A DNA stretch of 64,000 bases from Candidatus Cloacimonadales bacterium. GTDB lineage: Bacteria > Cloacimonadota > Cloacimonadia > Cloacimonadales > JAFGVF01. The notes below the pieces were generated by a model. It saw only the letters and a list, made by a program, of their open reading frames with translations. It did not search any database and was not told the origin of the DNA. Positions within the stretch are counted from its first letter, which is position 1, and every line of letters begins with the position of its first letter. The translations under genes and the position numbers were made by a program. Positions 32,382 to 41,461 of this stretch are shown here, one piece after another. The DNA lies in contig CAXXOU010000001.1 of assembly GCA_963677495.2 (NCBI GenBank), forward strand, positions 384,001 to 448,000, given 5' to 3'.

Positions 32382-33635
32382 CTATGATGAAATACGCTCT
32401 ATGTCAGCACCAATTGCTTTAAGTTTACGCTCAATATGGTCATAACCTCTATCAATATGATAGATACGGGCTATTTCAGTTTCACCTTCAGCTGCAAGAC
32501 CGGCAAGAACAAGAGCAGCACTTGCACGTAAGTCAGTAGCCATTACCGGAGCTCCACTCAGTGTATTAACACCATTGATTAGTGCGACTTTGTTTTGGAT
32601 TCTAACATCTGCCTGCAACCTATTCAATTCAGCAACATGCATGAATCTATCAGGGAATACTCTATCTTCAACTGAGCATGAGCCTTCCGCCATGCACATA
32701 TAAGCTAAGAACTGTGCTTGAAGGTCAGTAGGGAAAGCTGGATATGGATTAGCAATCATATTCACCGGCTTAATCTTCTCAGCAGGAATTAAAGTAATGT
32801 TACCACCATCTATTTCGAACTTACAACCTGCTTGTCTCATTTTATCAATAAGGCTTTGGATATGCTCTACAATGCAATTTTCAACAGTTATCTTACTCTT
32901 TGTAATTGCACCGGCAAGCAGGAATGTGCCAGCTTCTATTCTGTCAGGAATCATCTCTGCACCAACGGGGAAAAGCTCTTCTACACCCTCAATAACAAGA
33001 TGTGTAGTGCCAAGTCCTGTAATCTTACCACCCATTTTATTTAAGAATTCAGCTGTGGCAACAACTTCAGGTTCTGTAGCAGCATTGTAGATGTTGGTAG
33101 TTCCTTCAGCCTTAACAGCTGCCATCATTGCATTGATAGTAGCACCAACACTCACTTTCTCGAAGTTAATGTCTGCTCCAACAAGCTTCTCAGCAGTAGC
33201 ATAAATATAGCCATGCTTTATCTCAATTTTTGCACCTAACTGCTCCATTGCCATTAAATGAAGATCGACCGGACGTGTTCCAATTGCACAACCACCGGGA
33301 AAAGATACCTTTGCTTCACCAAGTCGGGCTAAAAGTGGTCCCAATACCCACACAGATGCTCTCATCTTACTCACAAGCTCATACGGAGCCTCCGGGAAAC
33401 ATACATCTTTTGCATCAATCTTAAGCGATTCATCACTATATTCGATTCTTGCTCCAATGACTCTCAGCAGATGTGCCATTGATTTAATATCATTTAGTTT
33501 AGGAACATTGGTTAGAACAGAGCGTCCCTCTGCGAGTAATGTAGCTGCCATGATAGGAAGTACTGCATTTTTAGCTCCGCTAACACGAATTGTTCCACTA
33601 AGTTTCTTTCCACCCCTGATTAAAAACTTATCCAT
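32382..33635 (-). CDS. murA: UDP-N-acetylglucosamine 1-carboxyvinyltransferase
   Basis: SGAKNA, PGGCAIG.RPVDLH, DRIEAGT, FPTDLQAQ, TDLRA. Confidence 0.98.
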   Translation of the reverse strand: MDKFLIRGGKKLSGTIRVSGAKNAVLPIMAATLLAEGRSVLTNVPKLNDIKSMAHLLRVIGARIEYSDESLKIDAKDVCFPEAPYELVSKMRASVWVLGPLLARLGEAKVSFPGGCAIGTRPVDLHLMAMEQLGAKIEIKHGYIYATAEKLVGADINFEKVSVGATINAMMAAVKAEGTTNIYNAATEPEVVATAEFLNKMGGKITGLGTTHLVIEGVEELFPVGAEMIPDRIEAGTFLLAGAITKSKITVENCIVEHIQSLIDKMRQAGCKFEIDGGNITLIPAEKIKPVNMIANPYPAFPTDLQAQFLAYMCMAEGSCSVEDRVFPDRFMHVAELNRLQADVRIQNKVALINGVNTLSGAPVMATDLRASAALVLAGLAAEGETEIARIYHIDRGYDHIERKLKAIGADIERISS

Positions 33636-33645
33636 CTCACATCCT

Positions 33646-34509
33646 TTATAGAAGTTTAAATATATCTAATTCTTTATCATTTCGTTTGATTCTAATATAC
33701 CGGTCTTTATCGCACAAATCCTGAAATGTGTCAATATCCATATAACCATATTTCTTTGCCAATTTCTCAATTGCCGGAGCTTGCTCCTCTCCAATCTCAA
33801 AAAAGATGGTTCCATTCTCTGTTAAATACTCTTTCGAATCTTTAATTATTCTATCGTAGAAATCTAATCCCTCCATCTCTGCCAGCAAAGCACTTTGAGG
33901 TTCGAATTCAAGCACTTCTTTGGGGAGTACTTCATAATCAGCTTGCTTGATATAAGGTGGATTAGAGACGATTAAATCGAATTTCTTCTCTTTTATAGGA
34001 AATATATCAGCTTCAATGAAATTAATCACTAAACCGTTGTTTTTGGCGTTCTCAAGAGCTACTTGAATAGCTTCAGCTGAAATATCAGTCGCATACACTT
34101 CTGCTTTAGGATAGATGCTCTTCAAAGCTATGGCAATTGCACCGGAACCTGTCCCAATATCCAGTATCCGCTTTGGCTCTAATGGACTATTCTTTATGTA
34201 ATCAACCAATAACTCTGTTTCAGGTCTTGGGATTAAGACAGCAGGTGTGATTCGCAAGGTATAATCTAAAAAATCTGTCTCTCCGATAATGTATTGAACG
34301 GGCTCATGCTTCTCACGTCTTTCAATCAGCTCAAAGAACTCAGTCTCCTTCTCGGAAAGCATCGGTTCAAAGCAATGCGCATGAATCTCAAGTCTTTTAA
34401 TCCCTGTTACATGTTCAAGCAGTAATTCCGCTTCTAAAAAAGGATTCTCTGTACCAGCTTTCTGTAATGAGCTTATCCCAAGATTAAGTGTTTCTAAAAT
34501 GTTACGCAT
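33646..34509 (-). CDS. prmC: Release factor glutamine N5-methyltransferase
   Basis: EPVQYIIG, VLIPRPETE, DIGTGSGAIA, SNPPY. Confidence 0.96.
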   Translation of the reverse strand: MRNILETLNLGISSLQKAGTENPFLEAELLLEHVTGIKRLEIHAHCFEPMLSEKETEFFELIERREKHEPVQYIIGETDFLDYTLRITPAVLIPRPETELLVDYIKNSPLEPKRILDIGTGSGAIAIALKSIYPKAEVYATDISAEAIQVALENAKNNGLVINFIEADIFPIKEKKFDLIVSNPPYIKQADYEVLPKEVLEFEPQSALLAEMEGLDFYDRIIKDSKEYLTENGTIFFEIGEEQAPAIEKLAKKYGYMDIDTFQDLCDKDRYIRIKRNDKELDIFKLL

Positions 34510-34629
34510 ATGAAATCACTGTTCTAATTGCCTAATCTTGGCAAGTGATTTGTTTAGATGATACTTATTTAATAGTAAAACAGACATCTGTACGATCTAT
34601 ATAAAGTACTCCATTATTGCAGAAGTAAA

Positions 34630-34833
34630 TTACCAATGTATACACCTTATAATGAGATTAAGGATATTCATAATTTGGGGACTATCACCAATAATTGTCT
34701 TACCTATACTATGCATTAACTCTCCGTTTGTATAGTTCTAGCTTATTTCACTTCGATGAAGTTCAATAAGAGCTTTCTCCAACTCATTAAGTTTAGAGTA
34801 TATATTGGCAATGTTGTCAATAATTCTTAACGA
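34630..34833 (-). pseudogene. Possible decayed remnants of a TPR-containing gene followed by the start of a sigma54-activator-like gene
   Basis: 34833-34738 reads SLRIIDNIANIYSKLNELEKALIELHRSEIS* with in-frame stops just upstream; RBS GGAGAG then ATG 34716 reads MHSIGKTIIGDSPQIMNILNLIIRCIHW*. Confidence 0.35.
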
Positions 34834-34935
34834 TCAAGTCTTGTATTAATCTTCATTGCTTGATAGGATGATTGATTTAACTAGATAAAGGAGAGTAATG
34901 ACAGGGATAGGTATTGATATAACCCATAAAAATTA

Positions 34936-34964
34936 TTGCATCAAGACCAATTTATTGTCATAAT
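34936..34964 (+). promoter_or_regulatory. Putative sigma70 promoter for APC transporter
   Basis: TTGCAT-17 bp-CATAAT with extended TG, 20 bp upstream of ATG. Confidence 0.45.
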
Positions 34965-34984
34965 TTAGATAGAGGTGATTTTAT

Positions 34985-36829
34985 ATGGAACTAAAAAAAG
35001 ACATTAACTTTTTCGGAGTATTCAGTATCGCAACCGGAGCGATGATTAGTTCCGGTATCTTTATTCTTCCCGGTCTAGCATTTAAGATGGTTTCGGAGGG
35101 TATTTTTATTGCTTATTTGCTAGCAGGATTCTTAGCTCTTCTTGGGGTACTAAGTGTCATTGAGCTAGCTACTGCAATGCCCAAATCCGGCGGGGACTTC
35201 TACTTCATAAACAAGACTTTTGGACCGCTTTTGGGTACAGTCTCCGGATTTTTAGGATGGTTTACATTGTCACTTAAAAGTGCCTTTGCCATCTTTGGTA
35301 TCTCTGAGATAATACTAATATTCTTCGGAGTTAGTCCACTAATATCAGGATTGATTTTATGTTCCATTTTTGTAGTGATAAACATCTTTGGAGTAAAGGA
35401 AGCAGTAGCCTTTCAGAACATACTTGTTACTGGATTACTTCTACTCATGGCTGCCTACATTATCATGGGCTTCCCAAACATAGAAACCTCAAGAATTGCT
35501 AATCCTTTATCCTCAGGGATCAATAACTTAATAGTAACTGCAGGTTTTGTCTTTATTGCATATGGAGGATTACTCCAAGTTGTGAACGTATCTGAGGAGA
35601 TTAAAAACCCTAAACGTAATATCCCTTTAGGGATTATTTCATCTATCACAGTTGTCACAATAATTTACTCAATTATGACCTATATTATGACAGGAACTTT
35701 AGCTCCTGAACTCTTCAGTGGTTCCCTAACACCTGTAGCTGATTCCGCAAAAACCTTTGCAGGAGGTATAGGTTTCTGGGTAATTAGTATAGCTTCTTTA
35801 ATAGCCTTTGTTACAACAGCTAATGCCGGAATAATGGCTGCCTCCAGATATCCTCTTGCATTAAGTAGAGAGAAATTGCTACCGGAATCTATATCTAAAA
35901 TAAATCAACGTTTCAATACTCCGTCAATAGCCATTATTCTTACAGGTGCATTCATATATCTATCATTGTTACTTCCTCTGGAGATGCTAGTTAAGGCAGC
36001 GTCTACTGTTGTATTGACTTCTTATGTTCTTACCAATATTGCGGTGATAATCTTTAGAGAAAGCCATATTATCAACTATAAACCAAGTTTTAAGACTCCG
36101 CTCTATCCTTGGATACAGATTATTACAATAATCTCTTTCATGCTGATTATAGCTGATATTGGGATGCAAGCTGTTGAGATAAGCTTATCACTCATAGTTG
36201 TTAGTGTTGTTATATATTTTTTCTACGGTAGAAAAGCTAAGAATAAAGAATATGCCTTCCTACATCTTATGAAACGGATTGTAGATAGTAAATTAACTCA
36301 CAATGTTTTAGAGGATGAACTTCGTGATGTAATCATCAATCGCGATAGCATTGAACAGGATAATTTCGACAGACTTATTAAATCTGCAATTATTATCGAT
36401 AGAGATAAGGCTATGAGTTATCATGAGCTAATCGAAAGTATATCAGATACTATTGTTGAAACTACCGGATTAGCTCCTGCGCAGATAATCAAACAATTTG
36501 AAGAGGCTCAGCAAAGAACGAACTTCGCTATCTCAGAGTTTCTTGCAATCCCCCATATCCTCATTGATGGAGAGAACATTTCATTCCTGATAATCGTTCG
36601 TGATAAAGAGGGAGTTAAGTTCACTGAAGAAGAGAATTGTGTAAAGGCTATCTTTGTAATGGGTGGTACACATGACAGAAGAGTTACGCATATAAGAAAC
36701 ATAGCTTCAATAGCATCTTTGGTTTATGAAGATGATTTCCAGGAAAAATGGTTGAAGGCTAAGAATGATATTGAACTGAGGAGTATTATGCTTCTCAGTA
36801 GTAGAAGAAGATACTTTACCTCCAAGTAG
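34985..36829 (+). CDS. APC-family amino acid permease fused to C-terminal PTS EIIA-like domain
   Basis: GAMISSGIF, ELATAMPKSGG, EEIKNPKRNIP, ~12 TM; C-terminal LAIPH EIIA phospho-His motif. Confidence 0.88.
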   Translation: MELKKDINFFGVFSIATGAMISSGIFILPGLAFKMVSEGIFIAYLLAGFLALLGVLSVIELATAMPKSGGDFYFINKTFGPLLGTVSGFLGWFTLSLKSAFAIFGISEIILIFFGVSPLISGLILCSIFVVINIFGVKEAVAFQNILVTGLLLLMAAYIIMGFPNIETSRIANPLSSGINNLIVTAGFVFIAYGGLLQVVNVSEEIKNPKRNIPLGIISSITVVTIIYSIMTYIMTGTLAPELFSGSLTPVADSAKTFAGGIGFWVISIASLIAFVTTANAGIMAASRYPLALSREKLLPESISKINQRFNTPSIAIILTGAFIYLSLLLPLEMLVKAASTVVLTSYVLTNIAVIIFRESHIINYKPSFKTPLYPWIQIITIISFMLIIADIGMQAVEISLSLIVVSVVIYFFYGRKAKNKEYAFLHLMKRIVDSKLTHNVLEDELRDVIINRDSIEQDNFDRLIKSAIIIDRDKAMSYHELIESISDTIVETTGLAPAQIIKQFEEAQQRTNFAISEFLAIPHILIDGENISFLIIVRDKEGVKFTEEENCVKAIFVMGGTHDRRVTHIRNIASIASLVYEDDFQEKWLKAKNDIELRSIMLLSSRRRYFTSK

Positions 36830-37002
36830 TTATCTCTATTGTAGCTTACATCCAAAGTTGAGATTAGTTCATACAAAATTAACAAAGAAGTTAAGATGTT
36901 TTATAGCATTTATTTATCTTCATTTTTAGGCAATGGGGCAAACTCATAATTCTTGACTATTTACTAAATACAATTATTGATATTAAAAAACTAGAAAAAG
37001 GT

Positions 37003-37704
37003 ATGTCAATGAACTATATAAAATATGAGATTAACTCTTTAATTGCTGAGGTTATAGGAACTTTTGCATTGGTTTTCTTTGGTTGTGGAGCCATTATTGT
37101 GAATAATCTATTTGGTGGTGTTATCGGGCACTTTGGGATTGCAATGGCATTCGGTGTCATTGTAATGGCAATGATATACTCGATAGGTAATATTTCCGGT
37201 GCACATCTTAACCCTGCTGTTACGATAGGATTTGTTGTTGCCGGTAGGATAAAAGTAAAGAAGGCAGTTCCATATATCATAGCACAACTTCTGGGTGCTT
37301 TTATTGCATCCTCAGTTCATAAATTAGCTTTCCCTCAACATGCAACACTAGGGGCAACTCTTCCTGCTACTTCAATCACTCCAATTTTTGCATTTATTGT
37401 AGAGATAGTACTCACATTTGTTCTTATGTTTGTGATTGTAAACGTCTCATCAGGACATAAAGAGAAGGGAATCATGGCAGGTGTAGCTATTGGTGCAACA
37501 GTTTTCCTTGCAGCCTTAGTAGGTGGTCCATTATGTGGTGCTTCTATGAATCCTGCAAGATCACTTGCTCCAACTATTGTGAGTTTGAACCTTCAACATC
37601 TGTGGTTATACATTGTAGGTCCCATAATCGGAGCAGTTCTAGCAGCTCCAATGTGTAGAGTTATTCAAGGGAAAGAGTGTTGTCATGTGAATGCAGTAGA
37701 GTAG
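37003..37704 (+). CDS. MIP family channel (aquaporin, NIP/AqpS-like)
   Basis: ISGAHLNPAVT and GASMNPARS motifs; C-terminal ECC. Confidence 0.93.
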   Translation: MSMNYIKYEINSLIAEVIGTFALVFFGCGAIIVNNLFGGVIGHFGIAMAFGVIVMAMIYSIGNISGAHLNPAVTIGFVVAGRIKVKKAVPYIIAQLLGAFIASSVHKLAFPQHATLGATLPATSITPIFAFIVEIVLTFVLMFVIVNVSSGHKEKGIMAGVAIGATVFLAALVGGPLCGASMNPARSLAPTIVSLNLQHLWLYIVGPIIGAVLAAPMCRVIQGKECCHVNAVE

Positions 37705-37718
37705 TTTCTACAAAGACA

Positions 37719-37804
37719 CACAGGGACTTACAGGGACAAACAGAGGCTTGCAGTTTAAGTCTCTTAGGATGATATCTCTATCACTGTTAGTCCCTATGTC
37801 CCTG
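37719..37804. repeat. Inverted pair of short tandem repeats between convergent genes
   Basis: cagggacttacagggacaaacag ... ctgttagtccctatgtccctg. Confidence 0.6.
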
Positions 37805-37808
37805 CTCT

Positions 37809-38801
37809 TTAATAAGCTACTTCCACCTTCCCAACAACCGTCCCCACATCATTGCAATTATCCATTTCGATAAACCTGCTAAGATTAGCAGTTTCCTCTT
37901 CAGTCAATAATCCCAGATCTGTTAATGTCCTCATTATTACAGGAGGAATAACCGCCATAGATCCTGATTCTATCTTAAGTGCTATCCCGATATCTTTTTC
38001 TTTGATACCTACACAATAAACGCCTTCAGCTCCGACTTTTCCGATTAGCTTACCATTTGTGTGTTTAATCAGCTCAGTACAGAAACCACCTGTGCCGGAG
38101 ATCATCATAGGATGGGAAATCATACTTGCAAAGATTGTATTGGAAGCATTTTGGAGTTCCTCTGACAGCTTTTGAGGATTCGCAAGATTCCTATACCCAA
38201 TTGCCATGTTTATTAGTGGAAACGCATGTACGGGTGCTGAACAACCATCTATCCCAATTTGTATTGAGTCCTTATCTACTTCACAGAAGGTGGTAATATT
38301 AGCTAAAATGGACTGTTGACATGGATGAATAGGATTTAGGTAATCACTTATCGAGAAATAGTTATTCATGCACACAGCCAGCATACCCGACTGCTTGCCG
38401 GAACAGTCATTGAATCGTTCATCAACTTTAATTCCAGCTTCCGCCTGTTGGATTGCGATACTACTATTAAGGGAATGAGAAACACCACCTAAGATGTCAT
38501 GCTTATTAAGCCCAATCTTATCCAATATTGCTTGTACTATTTCAATATGCCACTCTTCAGCATAATGAGAAGAACACATAACTGCGATCTCTTTAGCAGT
38601 GAAATTATAGTTCTTAGCAGCACCGGAAGTAATAACATGAATCGCTTGAATCGGTTTAGCAGCTGACCTAAAATAAGTTACTTTTTGGGGATTACCAAGT
38701 GAATAAATAACCTCACCCTCTCCATTTACAACAACCAAATCTCCTCTATGGATGCTCTCAACAACATCCCCTCTAGTAACATGTATCAAAGGAACTGACA
38801 T
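37809..38801 (-). CDS. Class 3 (Rhizobium-type, Asparaginase_II) L-asparaginase
   Basis: ES.HRG, RSAAKP, CSSH, CSGK, DGCSAP, GKVGAEGV. Confidence 0.88.
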   Translation of the reverse strand: MSVPLIHVTRGDVVESIHRGDLVVVNGEGEVIYSLGNPQKVTYFRSAAKPIQAIHVITSGAAKNYNFTAKEIAVMCSSHYAEEWHIEIVQAILDKIGLNKHDILGGVSHSLNSSIAIQQAEAGIKVDERFNDCSGKQSGMLAVCMNNYFSISDYLNPIHPCQQSILANITTFCEVDKDSIQIGIDGCSAPVHAFPLINMAIGYRNLANPQKLSEELQNASNTIFASMISHPMMISGTGGFCTELIKHTNGKLIGKVGAEGVYCVGIKEKDIGIALKIESGSMAVIPPVIMRTLTDLGLLTEEETANLSRFIEMDNCNDVGTVVGKVEVAY

Positions 38802-38963
38802 TTCCCATCTCCTAAAGCATTTTCACCACTCAAAATGCAGAGTTAACAGTGTCAATAAGATTTATGTTTTCTTCATTTCAGGCCAAAATTACTCTTATTT
38901 ACCCCACAAATTATTGTACTCTTATGGTGAAAAATAGAGGTTTCCCATGCTTTTTGTTTTAAT

Positions 38964-39007
38964 GAAGTCCGTTTCCGCTTAGCAAGCTACAGCATCCGAC
39001 AAACTCC
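38964..39007 (-). repeat. Inverted fragment related to the ~200-bp element at 59.8-60.3 kb
   Basis: GAAGTCCGTT and CCGACAAACTCC match the reverse complement of 60058-60090, in the same order. Confidence 0.55.
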
Positions 39008-39146
39008 ATAAAACAGATTTCCGCCAAATCTGCCTAGTTTGAATTTTCTCTATTTCCACTTCTCGTTACCTTCTTCTCTTTACCTTATCTCATCAAGAGC
39101 TTCTTTGCACCGTTAAATAAGTTATGCACACGATGTGGATAACTTT

Positions 39147-39204
39147 AGGGGTTCATAGGGAGGGTCTAGGGAGGCTAAAGGGAGGGACAAGCGAGATTCT
39201 AGGT
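39147..39204. repeat. Single-arm array with 11-bp period (core AGGGAG)
   Basis: tagggagggtc/tagggaggcta/aagggagggac/aagcgagattc/tagg. Confidence 0.55.
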
Positions 39205-39380
39205 TTTTGATGCAGCACGTACCAGACTTGTAGCAAAAAAGAAAACGTAAAACGTCTCTCTTGGGCGTTTATCCCGGATTTACTTTTACAGTATAAAAGC
39301 ATTGGATAACTGGCACACACTTGTTATTGGAAAACTCTAACCTTCGCGTATGTGACACGGGACAACCGATTTATGTGTTA

Positions 39381-39450
39381 CGTTCTCGCGTCAAGAACCT
39401 TCGCATACAAACTACGGCTTCTCAGGTGCTATCGCTACACCGTAAGTCCG
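39381..39450 (+). repeat. Fragment related to the ~200-bp element
   Basis: CGTTCTCGCGTCA ... GCTATCGCTaCAcCGtAAGTCCG matches 59975-60011, with a ~33-bp insertion. Confidence 0.65.
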
Positions 39451-39527
39451 TGATAATTCCCGCGAAATGCACCATTTGGAAGGTCTGCGACCATTACGAA
39501 GGTACAGGTTATTGAGATAGATAAAGT

Positions 39528-39551
39528 AAAGCCTGCTGTGGAAGCAGGCTT
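39528..39551 (-). terminator. Intrinsic terminator of the glucan operon (after GH3)
   Basis: AAGCCTGCT-gtgga-AGCAGGCTT hairpin with T-rich tail on minus strand. Confidence 0.7.
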
Positions 39552-39597
39552 ATCCGTATAGATAGAATATTTAGGGTGTTTTTGGTAAGGATTGTGT

Positions 39598-41436
39598 TTA
39601 TATGTATTTTAATCCAAATCCATACGGGAATAATGGGTTATAGTCTTTATCTCCATAGTTCCAGTTCTCATCATCATATCTAGGCCAGGAGAAGGTTAAT
39701 TTTCCATTGAAGTTATAATCCCCAAACAGGACATCTGCAACACCGCTACCTTCAGAACCCGGTAACCAGGCTACAACGAAGGCATCAGATGCATCTATTT
39801 CATCATTTATAACTAAAGGTCTTCCACATACCATTACAGCAATGACAGGAATTCCTTTCTCGCGAATACTTATAATAGTAGCTAAATCTTCCGGATGGAG
39901 TTCATGATGATAAAGGTGAGTTCCATATGGCCCCTCTTTCATGATTGGAAAAGGTTCTTCCGGAGCATGCATAACAGAGGTAGAACCACAGCTAATCTTG
40001 ATACCTTTTTCAAGTCCGGGGACACGTAAATCACCTTCCATCTCAGCATAGGGGGTCTCACCGATTACAACTATTGCAACATCATGTTTAGATGAATCTG
40101 CCGTATCTCCATTAATGGAAAGTTCGGAGTTTGGAGCAATCGCTTGGATACCTTCCCAGATGGAAGTTCCACCAATAATCTCTTCATTAGTCTTAACACC
40201 TTGCCATTCGATAGTGAAACCACCGCACTGGTGTCCACGGTTGTTGGCATTTTTACCTGCCACAAGAATACGGGCATTTTTACTTAATGGTAATAGATTG
40301 TTTTCATTCTTAAGTAGAACAAGGGATTTACGGACAGCTTCTCTAGCAACTTCTCGATGAGCATCGCAACCGAAGACTGAATGGTCATTGGAATACTTAC
40401 GCTCAGATGGGCGCGGTTTGTCGAAGAGTCCGGAAGTAAACTTAACTCTAAGAACTCTTCTAACGGCATCATCAAGACGTTCCACTGGTATTCTACCTGA
40501 AGCGATGTGTGCTTTAACGAGTTCGATGAACTCTCTCCACTTCTCTGTTACCATAAATAGGTCTATCCCTGCATTAACAGACATAGCAACTGCTTCACTG
40601 AAGTCATCATCAAGATAGCCGATGCCATCCCAGTCCGAAACAACAAAGCCCTCGAATCCCAACTCTCTTTTTAAGACATCAGTAATGAGGTATTTGTGAC
40701 CATGTAGTTTCTCTTGATTCCAGCTACTCAGTGAAATCATTACTGTTTGAACTCCTGCATCTATTGCAGCTTTATAAGGTGGAAGATGAAGTTCTCTTAA
40801 CTCAGATTCAGTGATGCAAGCGTCTCCCTGATCGATACCATGAAGGGTCGCACCATCTCCAATCCAATGCTTAACGCAAGCAATCACGTTCTCATCATTA
40901 AAGTTACCTTGTAGTCCTTTCACAAAACGTGGAGCATACTTCGATACAATATCAGGAATCTCAGCATAGCTTTCATAAGTTCTACCCCAATGGTCGTTTC
41001 TTGCAACTGCTAATGTTGGTGCAAATGTCCAGTCAACACTAGTAGCAACAATCTCTTTTGCTGTTGCTTGAGCAATCTTCTCTAAAAGGTCAGGGTCGTT
41101 AGCTGCACCAAGTCCAATATTATGAGGGAAGACAACTGAGCCTTTGACATTGGTATTACCATGAATGGCATCCACACCATATACAAGTGGAATTGCAATA
41201 TGGTTTTCATCTTCATCCATAGAAGCAGCCCAATATGCATCATTCATTTCAACCCAGTCTTCGAGTCTGTTCTCACCCGGGGTTGAACCCCCACCACTTA
41301 GAACAGAACCAATATGGAACTGTTTTACCTCTTCCGGAGTAACAAACTCACGCTCCGGTTGAACAATCTGACCAACTTTTTGGTCTAAGTTCATCCGAAA
41401 CATTAACTCATCTATTTTCTGTTCGATTGTTTTCAT
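39598..41436 (-). CDS. GH3 beta-glucosidase / exo-beta-glucanase, cytoplasmic
   Basis: GSVLSGGG, DAIHG, RWGR-like HWGRTYES, KHWIGDG, VVSDW nucleophile, GETPYAE, AWLPGSEG; no signal peptide. Confidence 0.93.
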   Translation of the reverse strand: MKTIEQKIDELMFRMNLDQKVGQIVQPEREFVTPEEVKQFHIGSVLSGGGSTPGENRLEDWVEMNDAYWAASMDEDENHIAIPLVYGVDAIHGNTNVKGSVVFPHNIGLGAANDPDLLEKIAQATAKEIVATSVDWTFAPTLAVARNDHWGRTYESYAEIPDIVSKYAPRFVKGLQGNFNDENVIACVKHWIGDGATLHGIDQGDACITESELRELHLPPYKAAIDAGVQTVMISLSSWNQEKLHGHKYLITDVLKRELGFEGFVVSDWDGIGYLDDDFSEAVAMSVNAGIDLFMVTEKWREFIELVKAHIASGRIPVERLDDAVRRVLRVKFTSGLFDKPRPSERKYSNDHSVFGCDAHREVAREAVRKSLVLLKNENNLLPLSKNARILVAGKNANNRGHQCGGFTIEWQGVKTNEEIIGGTSIWEGIQAIAPNSELSINGDTADSSKHDVAIVVIGETPYAEMEGDLRVPGLEKGIKISCGSTSVMHAPEEPFPIMKEGPYGTHLYHHELHPEDLATIISIREKGIPVIAVMVCGRPLVINDEIDASDAFVVAWLPGSEGSGVADVLFGDYNFNGKLTFSWPRYDDENWNYGDKDYNPLFPYGFGLKYI

Positions 41437-41461
41437 TTATATATCCTTAATTATTTTAAGC

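Noticed and set aside
38940..39600. Replication origin, and the 64-aa ORF 39321-39515
   Set aside because: Only two good DnaA boxes and no dnaA/dnaN/gidA context; the ORF starts with TTG, lacks an RBS and overlaps repeat fragments
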